A stretch of 64,000 nucleotides of DNA from Nostoc sp. (GCA_036918135.1 JBALDB010000025.1:1-64000); one strand, 5' to 3'. Shown: positions 41,022 through 51,142, numbered from the stretch's first letter. Numbers and translations: made by a program. The notes: generated by a model from the sequence alone, not told the origin.

Positions 41022-41348
41022 AATTTGTAGATTAGCCATCTGTTTTTTTAGGAAGTACTTGTATAGTCCTAGATGTAATGTTGGAGTAATACTTCAGCAG
41101 GCTAGGCTGTATCTTGTGGTATCACTGAAGGTTTGCTTGTGGTAAATCATCGTCCATGCTTGAGGATCGTATTTAGAGTCTTGTGCATTGATTAAATAAA
41201 TTCTGAATCACTATATAGTGTATTTTTTAGAAAATTGAGTACCGGATAATAAAGAAAAGCAATTTTTAAATGATAGTTTTTTTGGTGTTATGGGTAGCCT
41301 AATAACTAGGAGGATTGCTGATGTTTTGATTGCAGCAATTTTTGTAGC

Positions 41349-41753
41349 ATGGCAAGTTCAGGGAATGATTATTTAGTCAAACGCAGTAAGCAGATTGAAC
41401 GACGGAAAAGACTTGTAACATACATTTCTATCATGTCTTTTAGTGGTTCAATGCTATTTGGAGCAGTAAATACTTTACAACAGGCTTGGCAGAGACCTCA
41501 GCATTCAGTGGTTAATACAGTTGAAAATGAATTTCAGAAACAGGTAAAGGGTTACGAGTTAGTTTTACAGCGAGAACCAAATAACCAATTGGCACTGGAA
41601 AAATTGTCTTTATTACGGCTACGCATGAAAGATACTAAAGGTGCGATCGCTCTATTGGAGAAATTGGTGAAGTTGCATCCAAATAGGCAAGATTATAAAA
41701 CTGTTTTGGATAATGTCAAGAGCAGAGAGAAAATAGTCAACATAAACCCCTAG
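41349..41753 (+). CDS. Small membrane-anchored TPR-like protein (paralog B)
   Basis: Clear paralog of 35762-36163 ([24 protein letters not shown]). Confidence 0.8.
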   Translation: MASSGNDYLVKRSKQIERRKRLVTYISIMSFSGSMLFGAVNTLQQAWQRPQHSVVNTVENEFQKQVKGYELVLQREPNNQLALEKLSLLRLRMKDTKGAIALLEKLVKLHPNRQDYKTVLDNVKSREKIVNINP

Positions 41754-41858
41754 TTCTGGATAAATAACAAATTTACATAACTGACTAAATTAACTTCAAA
41801 TAGACTTGAATAAATAGCAAATTACTATTTTAATAATTTAACCAAAATACAAAAAAAC

Positions 41859-43079
41859 ATGATTAAGATAAAAAAAGACTTAAATGAATTAGCTTTATTT
41901 GGTGGAACACCAGCATTTATTGAAAAGTTACATGTTGGTCGTCCTAATATTGGAAATCGCGAATGCTTACTCACTCGTATCAATGACATATTAGATAGAA
42001 AATGGCTAACGAATAATGGTATCTATGTACAGGAATTTGAGCAAAGCATTGCTGAGTTTGTTGGAGTAAAGCATTGTATTGCTACTTGTAATGCTACTGT
42101 TGCATTAGAAATAGCCATTCGCGCTGTCGGGTTAAAAGGTGAAGTTATTGTCCCTTCTTTCACATTTATTGCTACTCCACACGCACTAAAATGGCAAGAA
42201 ATTACACCTGTTTTTTGTGATATCGATCCTCAAACCCATAATATAGATCCAAACAAAATAGTTCAAAGCATCACCCCACAAACTACTGGTATTCTTGGTG
42301 TTCATTTGTGGGGTCGTCCTTGCAATGTAGAAGCTTTAAGTGAAATTGCTTATACTTATAATTTAAAATTAATGTTTGATGCGGCTCATGCTTTCGGCTG
42401 TTCACATCAAGGACGTATGATTGGTAGTTTTGGAGATGCTGAAGTTTTTAGCTTCCACGCTACTAAATTTTTGAACACATTTGAGGGTGGAGCAATTGTT
42501 ACAAACAGTGATGATCTAGCGGAAAAAATTCGCTTGATGACGAATTTTGGTTTTGCTGGTATGGATAAAGTTATCTATATTGGTACAAATGGTAAAATGA
42601 CTGAAGTATCAGCAGCAATGGGATTAACTTCCTTAGAAAGTATTGATAACTTTATTGAAACTAATTATCGTAATTACAAATGGTATCAACAAGAACTTGC
42701 TGATATTCCAGGTATTTATTTATTGAATTATAACGAAAATGAAAAATGTAACTATCAATATATTGTTTTAGAAATTGAAGAATCTGAAACTCAAATAAGT
42801 AGAGATAAATTGCTCGAAATTCTTCATGCTGAAAATGTAATAGCTCGGCGCTATTTTTATCCAGGTTGTCATCGTATGGAACCTTATCATTCATATTTTC
42901 CTTATGCAAGATTACTACTTCCAGAAACTGAAAAACTAGGCGATAAAGTTTTACTCTTGCCTACAGGAAGTTCAAGTAATAAAGAGCAAATTCTGATAAT
43001 AGCTCAAATTATTAGAATTGCTATTACCGAAGCTAAAAATATATCTACATACATCAATGAACTATCATTAATAAGATAA
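41859..43079 (+). CDS. DegT/DnrJ/EryC1 sugar aminotransferase (VioA-like)
   Basis: LTNNG, DAAHAFG, SFHATKFLNTFEGGA, GTNGKM, ARRYFYP. Confidence 0.9.
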   Translation: MIKIKKDLNELALFGGTPAFIEKLHVGRPNIGNRECLLTRINDILDRKWLTNNGIYVQEFEQSIAEFVGVKHCIATCNATVALEIAIRAVGLKGEVIVPSFTFIATPHALKWQEITPVFCDIDPQTHNIDPNKIVQSITPQTTGILGVHLWGRPCNVEALSEIAYTYNLKLMFDAAHAFGCSHQGRMIGSFGDAEVFSFHATKFLNTFEGGAIVTNSDDLAEKIRLMTNFGFAGMDKVIYIGTNGKMTEVSAAMGLTSLESIDNFIETNYRNYKWYQQELADIPGIYLLNYNENEKCNYQYIVLEIEESETQISRDKLLEILHAENVIARRYFYPGCHRMEPYHSYFPYARLLLPETEKLGDKVLLLPTGSSSNKEQILIIAQIIRIAITEAKNISTYINELSLIR

Positions 43080-46006
43080 TGAACAACAATACTGAAAAAT
43101 ATCATTTAAACTTTATTATATTTTCTCCACCGTTTCAACTTAATGTTGGTGGAGTTATTGCTCTTTATAATCTTGCTCGGATTATCGATCGAGCAGGATT
43201 TTTTTGTAAAATTTTTGACATGAATGGCATGAATCTGCCTAACAATATTTTTGATAATTATGCAACAGAAGTTGATATAAATGATAATACAGTTGTTGTA
43301 TATCCAGAGGTTATATTTGGCAATCCTTTAAATGCAAAGTATGTAGTTAGATGGATTCTTTGCGAACTTGGTATTAATTGTCCTTCTGATATATATACTA
43401 CTTGGTCAAAAGATGACTTTATTTATCATTATAGTACATATAATCCTCAAAAAAAAGTAAAAAATTACAATATTATTTGTCCTCTATATACAAGTCCAAC
43501 ATTAAAAAATCATGGAAAATCAAGAGAGGGATATTGTCATATTATAAGAAAAGGTTATAAATTTCATCATCCATTAAAATATATTCATCCATCTGATTCT
43601 TTATTCTTGGATGATAATTTATCTCAAGAAATTCTGATTGAAATATTTAATAGAAAAGAATATCTCATTTCATACGATCCATATTCATATGTTTGCGTGA
43701 TGGCAGCTTTATGTGGATGTATTCCTATCATAGTACCGATTACAGGAACTACGAAAGAAGATTGGTTTAAAAGTTTATCTACTTCAGTGATTTTAGAAGA
43801 ATCTGGAGAATCTGAATTAAAGGGAATTGCTTATGGATTAGAAGAAGTAGAATATGCACGAAATACATTACAGGAGGTATCATATCAACAAGAAATCCAT
43901 ATTAAATATGGTCAAGAATCTGTTCTCCGTTTTTTAAACGATATTATTAGTATAATTTGTGGTCAAATAAACATATTACCTAAAAACGATCGCGTTTTAA
44001 AAGTTAGAGATGTATTTTATGTAACTGAGTCTGAAATTACTCTAGAAAAAATTCCAGACCATCTAAAAAGTTTATTTGTCAATGTTATACCTAAAATAAT
44101 TCATAATTCTCAAGAAGTAGATTATTTAAAATTTCTATTATACCATAAGTCTTACTTACAAGAAATAGGTGAAGCAAATAATTACTACCAGTACTTAGAA
44201 AAATGTATTGAATATTTACACACGTCAATATTCAAGAATTCAGATTCTAAATTGTGGCATGAAATAGTTGATAATTTTGTTCAACGCACTAATTTTCTAT
44301 TTGCATATTTCAATGAACTAAATCTTAAAAATATATATGTTAAACGTGCAGAGATATTAGAGTTTTTCTTGAAACTTAATAATCATGAACTTGATTATGA
44401 ATTTTTAAATCGATCTATAAATCGAAAGAAAATCAGGCTTGGTATTTTAGCAACACATTTCACACCATCAGCCGAAACATTTGCCTACCTTCCTGTTTAT
44501 GAATATATCAGTCGAGATTTTGAAGTCATTTTGTACTCTCTTAATAGGACTGGTTATCCACTAGAGCAGTATTGTCAACTTTCTGCCAACTGCTTTAAAC
44601 TATTACCACAGAAATTATTAGAACAGGTCAATACTATTCGTGATGATGACCTCGATATATTATTTATTGCTACTAATGTAACCGCAGCAGCTCATCAAAT
44701 CTGTCTGTTAGCAATCCATAGATTAGCAAGAATACAAGTTACTAGCGGTGGTTCAGTTACCACAACTGGAATGCGAAATATAGATTATTATATTTCTGGT
44801 ACATTAACAGATCCATCACCAGCAGCACAAGACCACTATCAAGAAAAGTTAGTCAAATTAGAAGGAACTGCACACTGTTTTAGTTACGGTACTGAAGAAG
44901 GAAAATCAACAACTCCAGTTGCACGAAATAGTTTAGGAATTCCTGAAGATGCTGTTGTTTTTATCTCTGGTGCTAACTACTTTAAAACAATTCCAGAACT
45001 GATTGAAGTATGGGCAAAAATAATTGCTAGAGTAGTAAATTCAGTTTTAGTGCTTTTACCGTTTGGACCCAATTGGTCAAGTAATTATCCAAAATCAGAA
45101 TTTATCAATCACTTAAATTCCATATTTTTCAAGCATGGATTAGTGGCTGAACGCTTAATAGTCTTAGATCCTCAACCTGTTCCGGATCGGGAGGATATGA
45201 AAGAATACTATAAAATTGCTGATATATATCTAGATTCTTACCCATTTGCTGGAACAACTTCTTTGGTAGAACCACTACAGGCTAATCTCCCAGTTATAGC
45301 TAGGCAGGGAATTAACTTTCGTTCTGCAATGGGAGCTGCAATGGTGCAAGCATTGGATATCTCTGATTTAGTTGCGGATAGTGAAGAGTCTTATATACGA
45401 TTAGCGATCGCACTTGGTAACGATCCTAAATTGCGCCAACAAAAGAGCGCTCAAATTAAGGAAAAAATGCAGGATAATCCTAGTTTTCTTGATAGTCGTT
45501 CTTACTCAGCCAAAATGGGTAGCTTGTTTCAAAAATTCTTAAGTAAATATTTTGCAGATACTCTGAGTCAAAATTTGCAGCTAGGAAATATTAATTTAAT
45601 TATTTTCCCTGACTGGTCACAGCCAGAAGAATCTCTTGGTTTAGTTTTAGAACAAGTAATTAAGACCTTAGTAATTCATACCAAGAGTGAGAAAATTACT
45701 TTAATTATTAATACGAGTAATATTACTACAGAAGATGCAGAAATATTTTTATCTAGTGTTTCTATGAATTTGCTACTTCAGGAAGATTTAGATATTAATC
45801 AAGGATTAGAAATTTCTCTGTTAGGAAACCTTTCTGAGATTGAGTGGCAAGCTTTGTTACCTCGTATTCATGCGAGACTTATTTTGGAATATGAAGATCG
45901 GGAAGCTTTAGCAAAAATACCAGTTAAAAATTTAGAATGTTATGAATTAAATGATTGGATTAATAGATTACCAATTAATCAATATTTACACGCAGGAATT
46001 TTGTAG
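43079..46006 (+). CDS. GT41 (OGT/SPINDLY-like) glycosyltransferase with extra N-terminal WavQ-like domain
   Basis: N-terminal GGVIALYNL..YPE..GNPLNAKYVVRWIL; RLARIQV, TTGMRNIDYYIS, YLDSYPFAGTTS. Confidence 0.8.
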   Translation: MNNNTEKYHLNFIIFSPPFQLNVGGVIALYNLARIIDRAGFFCKIFDMNGMNLPNNIFDNYATEVDINDNTVVVYPEVIFGNPLNAKYVVRWILCELGINCPSDIYTTWSKDDFIYHYSTYNPQKKVKNYNIICPLYTSPTLKNHGKSREGYCHIIRKGYKFHHPLKYIHPSDSLFLDDNLSQEILIEIFNRKEYLISYDPYSYVCVMAALCGCIPIIVPITGTTKEDWFKSLSTSVILEESGESELKGIAYGLEEVEYARNTLQEVSYQQEIHIKYGQESVLRFLNDIISIICGQINILPKNDRVLKVRDVFYVTESEITLEKIPDHLKSLFVNVIPKIIHNSQEVDYLKFLLYHKSYLQEIGEANNYYQYLEKCIEYLHTSIFKNSDSKLWHEIVDNFVQRTNFLFAYFNELNLKNIYVKRAEILEFFLKLNNHELDYEFLNRSINRKKIRLGILATHFTPSAETFAYLPVYEYISRDFEVILYSLNRTGYPLEQYCQLSANCFKLLPQKLLEQVNTIRDDDLDILFIATNVTAAAHQICLLAIHRLARIQVTSGGSVTTTGMRNIDYYISGTLTDPSPAAQDHYQEKLVKLEGTAHCFSYGTEEGKSTTPVARNSLGIPEDAVVFISGANYFKTIPELIEVWAKIIARVVNSVLVLLPFGPNWSSNYPKSEFINHLNSIFFKHGLVAERLIVLDPQPVPDREDMKEYYKIADIYLDSYPFAGTTSLVEPLQANLPVIARQGINFRSAMGAAMVQALDISDLVADSEESYIRLAIALGNDPKLRQQKSAQIKEKMQDNPSFLDSRSYSAKMGSLFQKFLSKYFADTLSQNLQLGNINLIIFPDWSQPEESLGLVLEQVIKTLVIHTKSEKITLIINTSNITTEDAEIFLSSVSMNLLLQEDLDINQGLEISLLGNLSEIEWQALLPRIHARLILEYEDREALAKIPVKNLECYELNDWINRLPINQYLHAGIL

Positions 46007-46071
46007 TTAGTGGGAAAATCTAATTGTAAATTGTCCAAATAATTTAAAATTACATAGATACGAATAATAAA

Positions 46072-48183
46072 GTGGAATTAACTAACTTAACAGAGCAAAA
46101 TTTAAATGTTAGAGAAAAATTTATAAAAGTTATAATTTTTCCTGATTGGTCACATTCAGAAGAAGCACTAATTCTAGAATTAGAACAAATAATTAAGGCG
46201 GTAATAAATCATCCTGATAACTATGAGATAGCGTTACTTATAGATACTGATGGCATTATTGAAGATGATGCTAACTTGGTCTTATCTGCTGTGGCAATGA
46301 ATATACTTATAGGACAGAATTTTGATATTAGTTTAGAATGTGAAATTTCTTTACTGGGAAATTTAGATGATATTGAATACGAATCTCTAGCCTCTGATAT
46401 CCATGCTCGAATTGTTCTAAAAAATGAAAATTCAAATAAATTATCATTATTATCAATAGCAAATATTCCAGCTTATGAAATAAAAACTTTTAGTAATATA
46501 CACTTTATAGAGTTAGTTTTTGATTTAAGCAATAGATTATTTTTAGAGGGAAGGTGGGAAGCAGCAATTACCCAGTATCAAAAATTTATAGAAATACATT
46601 CAGGTGAAGCAGAAGTTTACTGGCGCTTAAGCGAGTGTTATAGAAATTTAAATTTACTAGATAAATTTTTTATTACTCTTCAGAAAGGCACTGAACTGTA
46701 TCCTACAGAAGCTAAATTAGCTTTTTCATTAATTATTGAATTAAAGCGCCGTGGGCGAATTAAAGAGGCAATTTGGCTTACTGAAAAAACTTGTCAAGTA
46801 TTACCTGATGATTACACTTTTCAACTTCTAAAATATTTAACAGTGCCGACAATCTATGATAGTCAAGAAGAAATCATATTTTATCGCCAACGCTATATTC
46901 AAGGACTGCAAAGTTTAATTGATCAAACATCTCTCACAACTCCACAAGAAATAAATAATGCTTTAGCAGGTATAGGTAGATTAACTAACTTTTACCTTTC
47001 CTATCAAGCCCAAAATGACATAGATTTACAATGTCAATATGGTAAGTTAGTACATGAAATTATGGCTGCTAACTTTCCTCAATGGTGTTCACCCCTATCG
47101 ATGCCTAAACTTCAGCATCAAGAAAAAATTCGGATTGGATATGTTTCATATTATCTAGATTCTTATAGTGGAACACTTTGGTTAACAGGTTGGTTGCGTC
47201 ATAGCAATCATAAAAGCTTTGAAATCTACTGTTACTATACAGGAAATGAGCCAGATCTAATTACTCAAAAATTTCAAGAATATAGTGATGTTTTCCACCA
47301 TATTCCTGATAATTTATCAGCAGCCTGCGAACAAATAATTGCTGATAAACTGCACATTTTAGTTTTTCCTGAAATTGGCATGAATCCGCAGACTATGCAA
47401 ATGGCAGGTCTGCGGCTTGCGCCTGTCCAATGTACGGCTTGGGGACATCCGGTAACAACTGGCTTACCAACAATTGATTACTTTTTATCTAGTGAATTGA
47501 TGGAACCTGAAAATGCTCAAGAGCATTATTCAGAAAAATTAATTTGCTTGCCTAATATTGGCGTTTCTTATCCTAAACCATATATTCCACCAGTTATCAA
47601 AACCCGCTCAGATTTTCAGTTACCAGATGATGCAATCATTTATTTATGCTGCCAAGCACCTTTCAAGTATCTACCGCAATATGATTTTATTTTGCCAGAA
47701 ATTGCTCATCGCCTTCCCCAAGCTAAATTCGTGTTTTTACGTGGTACTTTACTTCAGTCACGCCTCAAGCGTGCTTTTGCTGCTATCGGTTTGAATAGCG
47801 AGGATTACTGTGTATTTCTCAGTATTCCAGAGCGACTGGACTATTTAATGATTAACTTACTTTCAGACGTTTATTTAGATACATTTACATGGTCTGGTGG
47901 TAATACTACCTTAGAAGCGATCGCTTGTAATCTCCCCATTGTTACCTGTCCCGGAGAATTTATGCGGGGTCGTCACTCTGATAGCTTCTTGAAAATGCTA
48001 GGCGTGACAGATACCATTGCTGAAAATGAAGCAGAATATATTGAAATTGCTGTCAAATTGGGACAAGAACCCGCTTGGCGAGGCACTATTGCAGAAAGAA
48101 TGAGCCAAAATCACGATCGTCTCTTTGATGATAAAGCTTGTGTTGCAGGTTTAGAAGCGTTCTATAAACAACTTTGTATTTAG
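46072..48183 (+). CDS. TPR-containing GT41 (OGT-like) glycosyltransferase
   Basis: TPR helices, KIRIGYVS, RLAPVQCTAWGHPVTTGLPTIDYF, LDTFTWSGGNTTLEA. Confidence 0.9.
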   Translation: MELTNLTEQNLNVREKFIKVIIFPDWSHSEEALILELEQIIKAVINHPDNYEIALLIDTDGIIEDDANLVLSAVAMNILIGQNFDISLECEISLLGNLDDIEYESLASDIHARIVLKNENSNKLSLLSIANIPAYEIKTFSNIHFIELVFDLSNRLFLEGRWEAAITQYQKFIEIHSGEAEVYWRLSECYRNLNLLDKFFITLQKGTELYPTEAKLAFSLIIELKRRGRIKEAIWLTEKTCQVLPDDYTFQLLKYLTVPTIYDSQEEIIFYRQRYIQGLQSLIDQTSLTTPQEINNALAGIGRLTNFYLSYQAQNDIDLQCQYGKLVHEIMAANFPQWCSPLSMPKLQHQEKIRIGYVSYYLDSYSGTLWLTGWLRHSNHKSFEIYCYYTGNEPDLITQKFQEYSDVFHHIPDNLSAACEQIIADKLHILVFPEIGMNPQTMQMAGLRLAPVQCTAWGHPVTTGLPTIDYFLSSELMEPENAQEHYSEKLICLPNIGVSYPKPYIPPVIKTRSDFQLPDDAIIYLCCQAPFKYLPQYDFILPEIAHRLPQAKFVFLRGTLLQSRLKRAFAAIGLNSEDYCVFLSIPERLDYLMINLLSDVYLDTFTWSGGNTTLEAIACNLPIVTCPGEFMRGRHSDSFLKMLGVTDTIAENEAEYIEIAVKLGQEPAWRGTIAERMSQNHDRLFDDKACVAGLEAFYKQLCI

Positions 48184-48242
48184 CACTGAAGTGCTTAAAT
48201 TTGTAATTACTGGGGAGGAGGGCTTCAGCCCTCACTACAAGC

Positions 48243-50453
48243 TTATTTTTTCTCAAGATAGTTCTGCCACATTTCCTTATAAGCCTTCTCCATTTCACGG
48301 GTAAATTGCTTAGCATTCCATAAGGGTGCTGTTTGTCGAGATGCTCTCAGCTTTAAAGCCACTTGCTGGCGTAAAGCTCGATCTTTCCCCAAGCGCACAC
48401 CCCACTCTATATATTCTTCATCTGTCCAAGCGATACCTTCTGTCACACCTACATTCATCATCATGGTGTAGCTATTACGAGCCGCAAATTGTTGTCCAAC
48501 TCTGGTTACTAAAGGGATACCCATCCAGAGTGTTTCTAGAGTTGTCGTAGCTCCGTTGTAAGGATAAGTATCTAATACAACATCAGCAATAGTTAAATTT
48601 GCTCTATGGACAGCTTCAGAGGAATCTTGAGGCAAAAATCGCAGGCGATCGCATTCTACCCCCTCTTCCTCTGCTAGCTGCATAAAAAATTTCTGCACGG
48701 CTTCAGAATCGGCTAATCCTTTAATTAAGAAATAGCTATTGGGAACTTCTTTGATAATTTTCATTTGTAGCCGTGCTGTATCAGGGTGGCGCTTAAATCC
48801 TCTTTGACCGCTAAGATAGATGACAGCATCATTAGGAATCTCTAAAGAATCCCGTCTGAGAGTTGGCACACCTACCTCAAAACCATCTACTGCAATATAC
48901 GTTTGGGGTAATCTCCAGATTTTTTCTGTATAGTACTCTTGAGCAGATTCTGGCAAAACATAAGGATCGGCAATAAAGTAATCAACTGTTGGTATTCCTG
49001 AAGCATCCCAACCCAACCATGTTACTTGCACAGGTGCAGGTTTTAGCGCCATAATTTCACAACTTACATCTAGAGTGATGCTATCCAAATCGATTAAAAT
49101 ATCAATTTCATCTTGATAAATTTTTTCAGCTATGTCGTCACTATAAATTCCACCTTTATAGGCTTGAGTGACATTTTGAATATACCACTCTTGTAATGGA
49201 TCGTTTACTTTTTTGTAGTTAACAAAATAAGCATAAATATCAAATTCTTCATGATTATGATGCTGAATTAACCATCGTGCCAGCCACCCAACTGAATGAC
49301 GAGATAGGCAATAGGATAAGTAGCCAATTTTCAGCTTCTCAGTTTTCACTTTTAAAAGCCGCTGTTGATATCGCTGCACTTCTTGACTAGCATAATTTTC
49401 TATGTTTATCTGGCAAAGACGGGCAATTTTATTTTGAATAGATCTATTTGTTTGAAGATTATCTTGTAAATATGGTGCAAAATAGTTTGAGTTGAATAGA
49501 TATAGAACCTGTTCTGAACGCAAATTTATAGGTTTTTCTTCTAATAGTAAATTCATCAAAGATTGCTGCTGTTGAAAAACTTCACAGGCTTCTTCCCAAT
49601 ACGCAGGACAATCCATTAATCCTCGATGTAACAAATGTATTGTAAATACTCGCTCGATTAATGTCTTTGCTAGCGAATAGCATAGCTTAGCTACTTCTAT
49701 TCCCTTAGAATAATCATAATTTTTTAGATAAAAAGCAGCTAAATGGCGCAAAATTGCTAAATTATCAGGTTCGAGACGCAAACATAGCTCAAGGAGTAAT
49801 GCTGCAAGTTTTGGTTGCCGCATTGAGTGGGCAATTTTAACTGTCGCTGGAAGCAAAATATTAATGAAAGGTTCAGGCTCATGAACGTGAGCTAGACAAG
49901 CCTCTGTAAATTCTAGAAGTGCGGGATGCAAAGGAGCATAATCGAGAATACTCTCCAACACCTGCAACAATAACTGAATATCTACAATTACTTCTGATTG
50001 AATTAACTCAATCACTCCTAGAGAAGTTAATTCATCATCAATAAGCATTTCCTGTTTGATAGCTAGCTCAATCAAATACAATAGATTATTAACATCCGTG
50101 GGATTTATTTCTCGGATATGGTGGCGAATTACCCAAGCCATTTTATAATCTGCTAGTGTCTCTCTGCGTTCAGCTTCGGTTTGCAGAACTAGCATTAGTT
50201 CACTTGTCCACTGTTCTGTCTGTTCGGCTTCTGCCTCACCCATACCCAGTAGCCAAGTCATCTGCGCTTCTGTTTCTTGTCCCTGCAATAGCAACATTAA
50301 TCCTAAATTCCAGTAGTGAGATTTCACTTCTGGTTCTGTTTCAATAGCTTGCTCATAGCACCTAGCTGCTTGATTATAGTTGCCTTTCATGGAATGTTGT
50401 TGAGCTTGCTGTTCTAAGGAGGTGATATCTGTATGAAGTTGCACAGGAATCAT
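48243..50453 (-). CDS. TPR-containing GT41 O-GlcNAc transferase-like protein (OgtA-like), downstream of pilA
   Basis: KIGYLS..HSVGW, KPAPVQVTWLG, DTYPYNGATTTLETLWMGIP. Confidence 0.92.
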   Translation of the reverse strand: MIPVQLHTDITSLEQQAQQHSMKGNYNQAARCYEQAIETEPEVKSHYWNLGLMLLLQGQETEAQMTWLLGMGEAEAEQTEQWTSELMLVLQTEAERRETLADYKMAWVIRHHIREINPTDVNNLLYLIELAIKQEMLIDDELTSLGVIELIQSEVIVDIQLLLQVLESILDYAPLHPALLEFTEACLAHVHEPEPFINILLPATVKIAHSMRQPKLAALLLELCLRLEPDNLAILRHLAAFYLKNYDYSKGIEVAKLCYSLAKTLIERVFTIHLLHRGLMDCPAYWEEACEVFQQQQSLMNLLLEEKPINLRSEQVLYLFNSNYFAPYLQDNLQTNRSIQNKIARLCQINIENYASQEVQRYQQRLLKVKTEKLKIGYLSYCLSRHSVGWLARWLIQHHNHEEFDIYAYFVNYKKVNDPLQEWYIQNVTQAYKGGIYSDDIAEKIYQDEIDILIDLDSITLDVSCEIMALKPAPVQVTWLGWDASGIPTVDYFIADPYVLPESAQEYYTEKIWRLPQTYIAVDGFEVGVPTLRRDSLEIPNDAVIYLSGQRGFKRHPDTARLQMKIIKEVPNSYFLIKGLADSEAVQKFFMQLAEEEGVECDRLRFLPQDSSEAVHRANLTIADVVLDTYPYNGATTTLETLWMGIPLVTRVGQQFAARNSYTMMMNVGVTEGIAWTDEEYIEWGVRLGKDRALRQQVALKLRASRQTAPLWNAKQFTREMEKAYKEMWQNYLEKK

Positions 50454-50503
50454 AGCTAAGAATTTTTAGGAGAGTACTATTGCAAGAATTTAAAACAAAA
50501 TCA

Positions 50504-50529
50504 AAGTGGGTAGTATATACTACCCACTT
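50504..50529 (-). terminator. Perfect palindrome downstream of pilA
   Basis: AAGTGGGTAGTATATACTACCCACTT followed by T-rich sequence on the minus strand. Confidence 0.7.
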
Positions 50530-50566
50530 CATGAATATTTCAATCAATTCGATCCGGCTAAGGATT

Positions 50567-51097
50567 TTACTTAGACTTCAGTGGCGAGAAGTTTGATGGA
50601 CAAGTAGGGTCTGTGTTGCTATATGCTGGGCTTTGAGTTGAACCAGTGCCAACTGCATTAGACTCACACAAAATCGCCAAAGTGGTTGCTTCACTAGTAC
50701 CTGATTGTGTAGACAAATTCACAACACCTACGTAGGATTTTAGAGGTGATTTCAGAGACGTACCATTGTTAGCAACGCCAGTTGCACTTCCGGCAACTAC
50801 GTACCTATAATTCTCGGTTTGACTTCTAATACCCATACCTAATGAATCCAGCCCGGTACTGAATTCACCATTTTCTAGGAAATACGCTTGTTGAGCGCGG
50901 TTCATGGAACCAGCATACTGTTTAGCTTCTGATTGCTTACCTTTGTTGGCTTGGTTCAAGAAAGAAGGTAAAGCAATAGCTGACAAGATCCCGATAATAA
51001 TAATTACTACAAGTAATTCAATAAGTGTAAAACCTTCGTTTTCCTTCTTTTTGCCGACAATGTGTTGAAGAAACTTTGCTTTCAATTCGCTTTTCAT
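50567..51097 (-). CDS. pilA: Type IV major pilin
   Basis: Class III signal KKKENEG|FTLIELLVVIIIIGILSAIALP; KQSEAK; C-terminal Cys pair. Confidence 0.88.
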   Translation of the reverse strand: MKSELKAKFLQHIVGKKKENEGFTLIELLVVIIIIGILSAIALPSFLNQANKGKQSEAKQYAGSMNRAQQAYFLENGEFSTGLDSLGMGIRSQTENYRYVVAGSATGVANNGTSLKSPLKSYVGVVNLSTQSGTSEATTLAILCESNAVGTGSTQSPAYSNTDPTCPSNFSPLKSK

Positions 51098-51142
51098 AAG
51101 TGTTTTCCCAGAGGTAGGAAGTGCTTGGGTGTTCTGAATGTA

